Positions 38,201-50,200 of a DNA stretch of 64,000 bases are shown here, one piece after another. Within the stretch, counting starts at the first letter, position 1; the number at the start of each line of letters is the position of its first letter. The position numbers and the translations under genes are program-made. The DNA comes from Malacoraja senta (lineage: Eukaryota), in the NCBI GenBank assembly GCA_038087875.1, contig CM075996.1, positions 10,542,001-10,606,000 of the forward strand, written 5' to 3'. The notes under the pieces were generated by a model that ran no database searches, was not told where the DNA came from, and worked only from the letters and a program-made list of their open reading frames with translations.

Positions 38201-41200
38201 TATCTTTAGAGAGCTTGTTCATGCGTCTTTGAAGATAGTGGGACATGCATCTTGTAACTGTTAGCTCAGCTGTACCTGTAACATTGAGTGGATTCTGGTT
38301 GCCTCCCTACAGGATTGATGGGAGTGCACTAGAGAGGCACAAGAAAGGTTTACAACATTGGCAGGACTGCAGAAGAAAGGTTGCAAGGAGAGAGTCACCA
38401 GGAACTGCAGCAGGTAGATTGTTTGAGTGGTTATAATATTATAGAAAAAAAGACAAAATGCTGGAGTAACTCAGCGGGACAGGCAGCATCTCTGGAGAGA
38501 AGGAATGGATCATGTTTCGGATTGAGACCCTTTTTCATACGTCTCGACCCGAAATGTCATCCATTCCTCCCCCCCAGAGATGCTGCCTGTCTTGCTGATG
38601 TCTATCTGTGGTATAAGCCAGCATCTGCAGTTCCTTCCAATACATAAGGATATGATATTCTGACTGGTCCATTCAGAGTAAACAAGGTAACCATCTTTCC
38701 GACACAAAGTTGGAAATGTAATTCAATTGGCACAAGGGTTTGATGCAATTAGTACAGTGGGCCAAGGGTTCACTGCCTGAATGGCTGTTGGAAGCAGAAC
38801 TCACATTTACTGGGCACCTGGACCAGCAGTAGAAGAGGCTGTGAGCGAGATTCACCTGGCCTCCCAGCACCAAAAACAGAAGGTGGGAACTATAGGTCAA
38901 TTGACAGGTACATGGATAGGACTGGTTTGGAGGTATATGGACCAAACGCAGGCAGGAGGCACTAGTGTACCTGGGACATGTTGGCGGGTGTGGGCATTGG
39001 GCCGAAGGGTCTGTTTCCACACTGTATCACTCTATGATTCTAATTCATCCAGCACTCATAGTTCGCAAGAGGAAATAACTAATCATTTGGTAAGCTGAAT
39101 CTAATCAAACGTAGCCGACATGGTTTAATGAAAATCATGTGTGACAAAACTTGACAGGATGTGATAGGGAGTTGATAAGGGAAACCTGTAAATGTAGTAG
39201 GAAGGAACTGCAAATGCGGGTTTAAACCAAAGATAGACACAATAAGCTGGAGTAACTTAGCGGGTCAGATAGCATCTGTGGAGAAAAGGAATTTTCTATT
39301 TGTTTTCTCCAGAGATGCCGTCTGACCCGCTCAGTTATTGCAGCTTTTTGTGTCAATTATCACAAATGTGTATTTAGATTTCCAAAAGGCATTTGCCACA
39401 TATGAGGCTGCTGCTGCAAAAAAATTAAGAGCCCTCTTAATTTGGAGGAAGTGTGCTAACATGGACTGAAAGGTGGCAGTCATATAGAAAAAAAGGTTAG
39501 AATAAATGCGTGAAAACTGCAGATGGAATAAATCTGAAAAACAAAATGCTGGGAGCACTCGGATCAGGCTGCATCCGTAGCCAGAGAAACAGAATTCATG
39601 TTTCAAGTCAAAGACCCTTCGTCAGAACTGGGGAGGTGACAATAAAAACTTGTAAAGCTGCACAGGTGGGTGGATGACTCTGATAGTGTGAAACCAGGTG
39701 ACCATGGGGATAAGCTGCACACAAAGTTATCTGGTCATGGAGTGAATAGGAGCGGTTAGATGATAAGAAAAATAGACAAAAGATTGTAGCAGTTACAAAA
39801 TGCAAAGAAGACATGTCTAGGAAGGAACGGCAGATGCTGGTTTAAACCGAAGATAGACAACGGGACAGGCTGCATCTCTGGAGAGAAGGAATGGGTGACG
39901 TTTCAGGTGGAGACGCTTTTCAGACAAGACATATCTGGCAGGTCAGCATGGACATGCCCTCCACTTTTGGATAGAGATTTTAAAAGACAAGCCAACCCAA
40001 TTATCACAAATGTGCAACTGATAGTAACAGAGGAATCAACTTACCTAAAATTATCAAATTCAGTTCAAGCCCAGAGGACTGCCATGAGCCCAAATTGAAG
40101 GTGAGATGCCATTCCTCAAGATTGCTTTGAGCCTCATTGCAACAGTGCAGGAAGTCACAGACTGTTCAGTCACTCCCACATCCAAGAGTCAGAATGAGAT
40201 AACATGAAGCTCAGGAGTGCCCCATGGATCGAACACAGGTGCTCCGCAAAGTAGAAACCCAACGCCTGTTTGGTTTCTCCAATGTAGAGGAGACCACATC
40301 GTGAACAGGGAAAGGAGCAGAGGAGGAAAAGGAGACAGTGAGATAAAGGGAAGAATGCAGTAGAGAGGGAGGGGGTGAGTGAGAGTTGAGTGTTAAAGAA
40401 GGGGAGGGAAGAGGGCAAGATACTTTCCACACTTTCCTCTTCATCTCAATCTCTAATCATCTTCAAGGCAGAAGAAGTGCTAAGTTTTGGCCTTTTACAG
40501 TTAAATAAAAAACTATTTGGGAAAACTTACATCAATCATACTTTTAACTCTGCTTTCCAGAGCTTGCATGCTGGAGTCAATGTATTTCTGTGCTGCACGT
40601 GCAGCCTGCAGCTCCAGCCGTGTCTGGCTGAGCTGCTCCTCCAGCAGCGCCAGTGCAGTCAGTAGCTGCTTCTGTTCATCTGTCAACCTATAATAATAAT
40701 AATCAATATAATTTTATTAGCCAAGTATGTATACATACAAGGAACTTGCCTTGGTGCTTTGTTTGCAAGGATAAAAACATGATATACAGTAGACAATTAA
40801 AAATAAAACATTATGATTTAAACATGTGGAAATAAAGTACCAGAGTAAAAAGAGTCGACAGACTTTTGGCTGTTGAGTAGAGCTACTGCTCGTGGAAAAA
40901 TACTGTTTTTATGTCTGGCTGTGGTCCAGACAAGACCTGTCCTATACAGGACATAGCAAGCCATCAGAGTGCAGGTGCAGAGGCGGGATGGTGGTGCAGC
41001 ATTAGACCTACGGCCTTACAGTGCCAGACCTGGGTTCAATCCTGACTACCGGTGTAAGGGTGATCGTTGGTCTGCACGGACTCGGTGGGCCGAAGGGCCT
41101 GTTTCCATGCTGTACCTCTAAACTAAAAACGACGTTGATCTGTTTCACGTAGAAGCCGACGAAGCCCCCCCCCCCCCTCAAGGGTCAGCTGCTACTCCAC

Positions 41201-44200
41201 TCCTGGCTGGAAACATACAGCATCAGCGTTATACTGCTCACAGCTCAGCCACAGGCAAACCTGCTGCCGTGCCACACCCCAGGGGCACCTTGATGCATCT
41301 GCAGATAATGTGGCCTACAACATCAACACCCAGCTCCTAAAGGGCCTGTCCCACTTGGCGATCTTTTCGGCGACTGTCGGCATCATTGACGGACGTATCA
41401 GGTCACCGAAAAATTTGCGGTGTGACGCAGCGTGATGACGTATGACGCGCGGTGTTTTAGTGTCGCAACATTTTTTTATCCCCGCTGGATTTTGAAATGT
41501 TCAAAATCTTTTGGCGACACTGATGTGACGGCGGCAGTCGCCGAAAAAAATCGCCAAGACGGACAGGCCCTTAAATTAGTTATTTATCTCTATCGTTGTG
41601 AGCAGTTGGTGCCGTCTGGAAACTGCCGCAGTGCAGCTCTGTACCTTTCCACAGCAGATTCCATTTCCTTCACCTTCTGCAACATCATCTGGGAATAGAA
41701 ATTTAAAAAAACGTTTATTTTCAAGTTCGGAGGCTTTTTAATTCTACTCGCAGCTACTTATTTCACAACATACTCGACAAATTTACAAATATGTAATGCA
41801 GAAAAGTCACTTTTCCACACTTCATATTTCCTTATAACATAGGCCATTTCAGCCCATCAAATCAATGCCAGCTCTCAGAGAATCCCAGTCCTTCACGAAT
41901 TTTCCTTGAAACTAGTTCCTCACAAATTCCCATCAATTGCCCGCAGAATCCACCATTCAATTTAAAGCAAACTTCACTGAACTGTAGCAGCTTAACACCC
42001 AGAGGATGGGAAATGCAGGGAATTCTCTGCCCAAGTGGCTCCGGAGACCAGTCCTTGAGACCAGTTCAACACCGAGGTGACTGGCCTTGATATCACGGAA
42101 TTGAGAGTATGGCGTTAAATGGTGCCGAGATATGTGGTCTGACTGAGAGGTAGAGCAGCTGAGGGGCAGCACGGTGGTGCAGCGGTAGAGTTGCTACCTC
42201 ACAGCACCAGAGGCCCAGGTTCGATCCCGACTATGGGTGCTATCTGTACGGAGTTTGTATGTTCTCCCCATGACCTGCGTGGATTTTCTCCAGGTGCTCC
42301 GGCTTCCACCCACACTCCAAAGACGTACAGGTTTGTGGGCTAAATAGCTTAGTAAAATTGTAAATTGTCCCTAGTGTGTGCAGGATAGTGGTAGTGTGTG
42401 GATCGCTGGTCGGCGCAGACTTTCCACGCGGTATCTCTAAAACAAAACAAAAAAAAGACTAACAGCAGCTATTTCAGGCAGAATATGAAGGAAAGCTTGC
42501 CATGCTAGGACCAGAGGCCTTAGCCTCAGAATAAAAGGACGTTCCTTTGGGGAGGAGTTGAGGAATTTCTTTAATCAGAGGGTGGTGAATCTGTGGAATT
42601 CACTCCCACAGTAGGCAGTGGATCTTGTTAAGGAAGAGTTAGATATATTATTGATTAGTATTTGTGTCAGGGGTTATGGATAGATGGCAGGGGAATGGGG
42701 TTAAGAGGGTAAGGTAGATCAGCCATGATTGAATGGCGGAGTAGACTTGATGGGCTGAATGGCCTAATTCAGCTCCTATCACTTATGAACCATGACTCCC
42801 TGTGCCCCTTCTACCCCTTCTCCTGCACCAGCTCCCTCTCCCAGCACCCACCTTGCAATCATCTGCCGACAGCGCCGGCTCCGTCAGCTCCTCATGCATC
42901 TGCTGGATGGTGGCGATGTCAGGCTGGAAGCAAACACAAGCAGCGTTACAGTCTCACCAGGAGCACGCACCCACCCCACCTCTGTCCAACACAGAGTGAG
43001 AGCCTTTGCAGAGAGAGATTACGAAATGCGTGCAGATTCGTAGGTTAATTGGCCGCGGTAAATTGCCTCTTCCATGTCGGCAAGTGGAGAATCGGGGGGA
43101 GGGGGGGATGGAAGACAATATGGAAAGAATAAAGTTCAGTTCAGTTTATCGTCACGTGTACAGTGAAAAGCTTTTCAGTTCAGTTCAGTTTTATGTGTCA
43201 TACTAGACCAAGTGCAGACCCGTTGGGTCTGGACACTGAACGTGCTTCAGACCCCTGGGTTTTAGACCCCGAACGTGCTTCAGACCCCAGGGAGAAAATC
43301 ACTAGCGAAAAAAAAATATGGCGGCGTTTTTGGAGCAGAGCCGGGCGGCAGCAGCCGTTATGGTGTCTGGCCAGCAGGAGGAGACAAAATGAGTGAGTGG
43401 TGGGGGGGGGGGGGGGGAAGGATTTTATTAAAAATGTGTACATAAACACGAAGAAATTTAATCAGGAGTGGATACTTGGAATGAAAAGTGAAATCTCTAC
43501 CGAAATGGAAAAAATCTCGGCGTTTCTGCGTGTGGTGTTGGCATAGCAAGGAATCAAAGGAAGGCTGGCAGCCACAAGACAGGCAGAAACACACACACAC
43601 ACACACACAGTTTTATATATAGATAGATAGATGTAGGTTAACACAGGGTCAACGCTACAATGAAATGTGTTAGACAAGACAATGGGTCACCTCAGCAATG
43701 ATATTGCATGGATAAAAATAAGATAAAAGATAAAAGTGACAGGTGTAGGTAAAAGACAATAATAAATAAAAAAAAATAAAATAATCAACATATATGATGT
43801 GTTTATGAGTTCAGAAGCCTGATGGTAAAAACTGTTCTTAAGTCTGGTGGTACGTGCAGCCATGCTCCTATATCATCTGCCTGACAGTAACAAGGAGAAC
43901 AGTCTGCTTGCTGGGTGGCTGTGGTCCTTGATGATGTTGTGTGCCTTCCGCAGGCACCGCCTGTGGAAAATGTCCTGAATGGCCGGGAGACAGTTGCCTG
44001 TGATGTGCTGTGCCGCCTTCACCACTCTCTGTAGTGATTTGCGGCTATGGGCAGAACAGTTCCCGTACCACTGTGATGCGGCCCGGCAGCAGACTCTCGA
44101 CGGTATAACTGTAGAAGTTTGTGAGGATGCTGGTGTTCATGCCAAACCTCCTCTCTTCTCAGGAAAAAGAGCCGCTGGCGGGCTTTCTTAGTTATTGTGT

Positions 44201-47200
44201 CCGTGTGCAGTGTCCAAGAGAGGTCCTCAGTGATGTGCACACCAAGGAACTTGAAGCTGCTGACCCTTTCAACCTCAGCATCACCGATGTTCACTCCCCT
44301 GCTGTCTCCTGTGGTCCACGATCATCTCTTTAGTTTTGCTGACACCAGCTGTTTAGTGCCTTTACCTCCTCTCTATAGGCCATCTCATTATTGTCTGATG
44401 AGGCCCAGGATGGTCATGTCGTCAGCAAACTTTAGGATGATGTTAGAGCTGTGCTTAGCAGTACAGTCGTGAGTGAACAGGGAGTACAGGAGAGGACTGA
44501 GCACACAGCCCTGTGTTGCGCCTGTGTTGAGGATCAGTGAGGAAGAGGTGTGGCTGCTAATTCTCACCACCTGGGGCCTGCCCGTCAGGAAGTCGAATAT
44601 CCAGCCGCAGATGGAGGTCTCCAGTCCAAGATCAAGGAGCTTGGGGACGAGTTTTGAGGGAATGATAGTGTTGAATGCCAAGCTGTAGTCAATGAAGAGC
44701 ATTCTCACATATGTATTCCCTTTGTCCAGATGGCATCGTCCGTGGCCCTGTTTGGTCTATACGCAAACTGAAGAAGGTCCAAAGTGTCAGGGAGAGAGGA
44801 GCAGATGTGAGTTTTGACTAGTCGCTCGAAGCACTTCATGATGTGTCAGTGCGACAGGGCGGTAGTCATTTAAGCAGGAGATTATTGATTTCTTTGGAAC
44901 AGGAACAATGATGGATGCTTTGAAGGGGGTGGGAACCACAGACTGACAGGGAGAGGTTGAAGATGTTGGTGAACACCTCTGCCAGTTGATCAGCGCACGC
45001 CCTGAGAGCCCGCCCTGGAATACCATCCGGCCCTGGAGCTTTGCGGTCATTGATCTTTTTGAAGGACCGCCTCACGTCTGCCGTGTGTAGGGTCAGTGAG
45101 GTAGTCCCCCTGCACACCTGTGGACTCATGGTGGGCGCTGTGTTGTCTGCATTCAACCGGGCATAGAAGGATTTTGTGGCATGCGATCCAGTCAGCAGAA
45201 AGACAATACATGATTACAATCAGGGCATTTACAGTGTATAGATACATGATAAGAGAATAACGTTTAGTGCAAGGTAAAGATAGTAAAGTTCGATTAAAGA
45301 TAGTCTGAGGGTCACCAATGAGGTAGATCGTAGTCCAGGACTGCTCTCTAGTTGTGGTAAACTAATTCAGTTGCCAGATAACAAATGTATTAGATTAGTG
45401 CAAATGGGTGATCGATGGTCAGCCTGGACTCAGTGGGTCAAAGGGCCTGTTTCCATGCCATCTCTCTCAATGACTACCAGGCAGGTTAAGCAACAGGTTA
45501 ACTAACAGCTGGATTTCCTCCTGCGTCAATCAAGGCTCTGCTCACCCCCCCTATGGACAGACTCTACACATCACTGCCAAACAGGGGTGGGGGAAGTGGC
45601 CAAGCTGCCAGCATTTGACACTCACCTCCACCCTTTCCAGCGACTCAAAGGGCAGCATGTCCCGAAGCTCATCCAGTTTCTGAAGGGTTACCTTGCCCAG
45701 CAGCTTGATGATGTGGGCTGGTGTCAGCGAGAGAGGGAGGCTTATGGCTTCAGACGGTTCACCGCCCCAGTCCAGCCAAGCCCGGAAGGCAACGGTCAGC
45801 AGCTCCAGCTCTTTCTCCATTCTGTGCACTCGCACCTGCAGGCCAGCCTAGGAACAGAGCAAGACGGTCAGCTTGGGCAGTATGGAGGCGCAGTGGTAGA
45901 GTTGCTGCCTTACAGCGCCAGAGACCCGAGTTTGATCCTGACTACAGGTGCTGCCTGTACGAAGTTTGTACGTTCTCCCCGTGACCTGCATGGGTTTTCT
46001 CCGAGATCTTCGGTTTCCTCCCACAATCCAATGATGTACTGGCTTGTAGATTAATTGGCTTAGTATTAATGTAAAATTGTCCCTAGTGTGTGTGGGATGA
46101 AGTTAGTGTGCAGGGATCACTGGTCGGTGTGGACCAGGTGGGCCAAAAGGCCTATTCCCGCGCTGTATCTCTAAACTAAAGTCCATATCAACCTGACCCA
46201 GAATATAGCCATCGCCGCCCTTCTATGAGACCGTGCATCGCATATTTATTGTCAAGGCCAGGTTCCACAGCATGGAGGGGACACTTCCAACCTAATGCAG
46301 GCCAACTGCAGCCAACACAGGCAAACTCTCCATCCTGCAATCCCATCTCAACCCCTAACTCTCCACCCCATTCACTCTGCCCCCAACCCACACAGCAGCC
46401 CACCTTTTCCTCCACTTATCTCACATCTCTCCTCTATTTTCCCCTCAACTACTTTCTCCCCAGGGTGGAAATGTCAAAGACCAGAGGGTATAGCTTTACA
46501 ATGAGAGGAATAAAGTATAAAACGTGCTAGATTTTTAATACCAGGTGGATGCCTGGAACACGCCCTGCCAGGAGAGGTAGATATGATAAAGGCATTTGAT
46601 AGTCGTATGGATTTGCAGGGAATGGCGGGATATGGATCGTGTGCAGGCAAGTAAGATTAGTCATCTTTGTATTATGTTCGACATTGACATTGTGGGCTGA
46701 AATGCTATTCCCCCTGCTGCTCCCTCCTCACACCCACACTTCCAGAACTCCTCTGCCTTTCATCTCGGCTCACCCTTTCCCCCACTGGCCATGGGAAAGC
46801 TTTGATCAACATTTCTCCAGTGACAGCTCGGGTTCAAGTCGTTCCAGCAAGAAGATCAAGAGAGATTCAAGATACATTTATTGTCACATGCACCAATTGA
46901 AATAGCCGCACATTTGGATAGCAGCAACAGGATCGGTCCAAGTCAGGATGGATTTACCAAGGGGAAATTACGAAGGGGAAAGGGAAAGAAGACGTCAGTG
47001 GTGGGCAAATTAATGGAAAGGATACTTAGAGATTATATATATAATCATCTGGATAAACAGGGTCTGATTAGGAACAGTCAACATGGATTTGTGCCTGGAA
47101 GGTCATGTTTGACTAATCTTGAATTTTTTGAAGAGGTTACTGGGGATATTGATGAGGGTAAAGCAGTGGATGTTGTCTATATGGACTTCAGTAAGGCCTT

Positions 47201-50200
47201 TGACAAGGTTCCACATGGAAGGTTGGTTAAGAAGGTTCAATTGTTGGGTATTAATAGTGGAGTAGCAAGATGGATTCAACAGTGGCTGAATGGGAGATAC
47301 CAGAGAGTAATGGTGGATAACTATTTGTCAGGTTGGAGGCCGGTGACTAGTGGGGTGCCTCAGGGATCTGTGTTGGGTCCACTGTTGTTTGTCATATACA
47401 TGAATGAACTGGATGAAGGTGTGGTAAATTGGATTAGTAAGTATGCAGATGGTACTAAGATAGGTGGTGTTGTGGATAATGAAGTAGATTTTCAAAGTCT
47501 AGAGATTTAGGCCATTTGGAAGAGTGGGCTGAAAGATGGCAGATGGAGTTTAATGCTGATAAGTGTGAGGTGCTACATCATGGCAGGACAAATCAAAATA
47601 GGACGTACATGGTAAATGGTAGTGAATTGAGGAATACAGTTGAACAGAGGGATCTAGGAATAACTGCATAGTTCCCTGAAGGTGGAATCTCATGTAGATA
47701 GGGTGGTAAAGAAAGCTTTTGGTGTGCTGGCCTTTATAAATCAGAGCTTTGAGTATAGAATTTGGGATGTAATGTTAAAACTGTACAAGGCATTGGTGAG
47801 GCCAATTCTGGAGTATGGTGTACAATTTTGGTCGCCAAATTATAGGAAAGATGTCAACAAAATAGAGAGAGTACAGAGGAGATTTACTAGAATGTTACCT
47901 GGGTTTCAGCACCTAAGTTACAGAGAAAGGTTGAACAAGATAGGTCTTTATTCTTTGGAGCGCAGAAGGTTAAGGGGGGACTTGATAGAGGTCTTTAAAA
48001 TTATGAGAGGGATAGACAGAGTTGACGTGGATAAGCTTTTTCCATTGAGAGTAGGGAAGATTCAAACAAGAGGACATGATTTGGGAATTAAGGGACAAAA
48101 GATTAGGGGGAACATGAGGGGGAACTTCTTTACTCAGAGAATGGTAGCTGTGTGGAATGAGCTTCCAGTGGAAGTGGTGGAGGCAGGTTCGATTTTATCA
48201 TTTAAAAATAAATTGGATAGGTATATGGACGGGAAAGGAATGGAGGGTTATGGTCTGAGTGCAGGTAGATGGGACTAGGTGAGAGTAAGTGTTCGGCACG
48301 GACTAGAAGGGCCGAGATGGCCTGTTTCCATGCTGTAATTGCTATAGGGTTATATGGTTAATCTTCTGGAATTTTTTGAAGATGTAACTAGGAAAATGGA
48401 CAAGGGAGAGCCAGTGGATGTAGTGTACCTGGACTTTCAGAAAGCATTTGATAAGGTCCCACATAGGTGATTAGTGTGCAAAATTAGGGCACATGGTATT
48501 GGGGGTGGAGTGCTGACATGGATAGAAAATTGGTTGGCAGACAGGAAACAGAAAGTGGGGATTAACGGGTCCCTTTCAGAATGGCAGGCAGTGACTAGTG
48601 GGGTGCCGCAAGGCACGGTGCTGGGACCGCAGCTGTTTACAATATACATCAATGATTTGGATGAAGGGATTCAAAGTAACATTAGCAAATTTGCAGATGA
48701 CACAAAGCTGGGTGGCAGTGCGAAATGTGAGGAGGATGCTATGAGAATGCAGGGTGACTTGGACAGGTTGGGGGAGTGGGCAGATGCATGGCAGATGAAG
48801 TTTTATGCGGATAAATGTGAGGTTATCCACTTTGGTAGCAAAAACAGGAAGGCAGATTATTATCTAAATGGCGTCAAGTTGGGAAAAGGGGAAGTACCTC
48901 ATATTCCGCTTGGGCAGTCTACATCCTGGTGGCCTGAACGTTGAATTCTCCCAATTCTGCTAGCCTTGGCTGTCCCCTCCCCTTCATCAGCCATCTGGTT
49001 GTCTCCTCCCCTCCCCCAGCCCTCGGGCTCCTCCTCCTCCTTTTCCTTTTTTCCTTTCTTCTCCCCACCCCCTATCAGTCTGAAGAAGGGTTTCGGCCCG
49101 AAACGTTACCTATTTCCTTCGCTCCATAGATGCTGCTGCACCCGCTGAGTTTCTCCAGCATTTTTGTGTACCTTCGATTTTCCAGCATCTGCAGTTCCTT
49201 CTTTAACACAAACTACGAACTATAACAGCCTATTGCACTTTATCTGTTTATTTATGTGTGTGTATATATATATTTGATGGTACAATATTCTGTTGTGCTG
49301 CAGCAAGCAAGAATTTCATTGTCCTATCTGGGACACATTACAATAAACTCTCTTGACTTCACTTGACTCTCACCCTTCCCTTTCAGATCTGCAAAGCACA
49401 TGCCTCTAGCTGCACTAGTGCTGCGGCCAATTCACATGCCATTCCCACTGCAAGCATCAGCTGCATCAGGAGGACAGGCCTCCAGTGTAAGTGAACGGGC
49501 AACCAGACAAAGGCACAGTGAGAAGCCGGGAGGGATGGCTGATTGAAGCCCATGCACAATAGACAAGGAGGGAGGGTCGGCCAAATGTATTCGGTATTGT
49601 GATTGGCAAGAGGGATGGTCTATTGAAGTATATTGGCAGGGAGGACAGCCTATTCTGATCGACAGGATGGCCGATTAGGTCAGACTTGGCCGCGGAAGGA
49701 CGAAGAACAACTTCCAACCCACTAAAACCCACACATGGAATTTTAAATATGCATTTTAAGCTCCTACTGCTGTGGAAGAGTTTCAATGAATGCCAAGATC
49801 CACCAGGTACTCACTGGTTTCTGACACTCTGAAAAGACATTTGGACAGAAATATTGACAAAGTGTTTAGAGGACTGTGGGCCAAATGAGTCCAGTTCGCC
49901 AACTTGCTTGGTGAGGCCAACTAACAACATGTTGCATGACTACAACACCATGACTATCCTGGAGTCCCAGGGATGGACATGATTGTGCCGAGGACCTCCT
50001 GTGATTGTGCAAGTTATTGGGATGCTGGTGGCTGTACCAGAATGTGGGAAAAGGGTGAATGGACTGCGAGGGATCCTGCAGCCAGGGCAGCTCCAGGGTA
50101 ATCAGGTAATAAGTGATAGGAGCAGAATTAGGCCATTCAGCCCATCTACGCCATTCAATCATGGCTGATCTATCTCTCCCTCCTAACTCCATTCTCCTGC

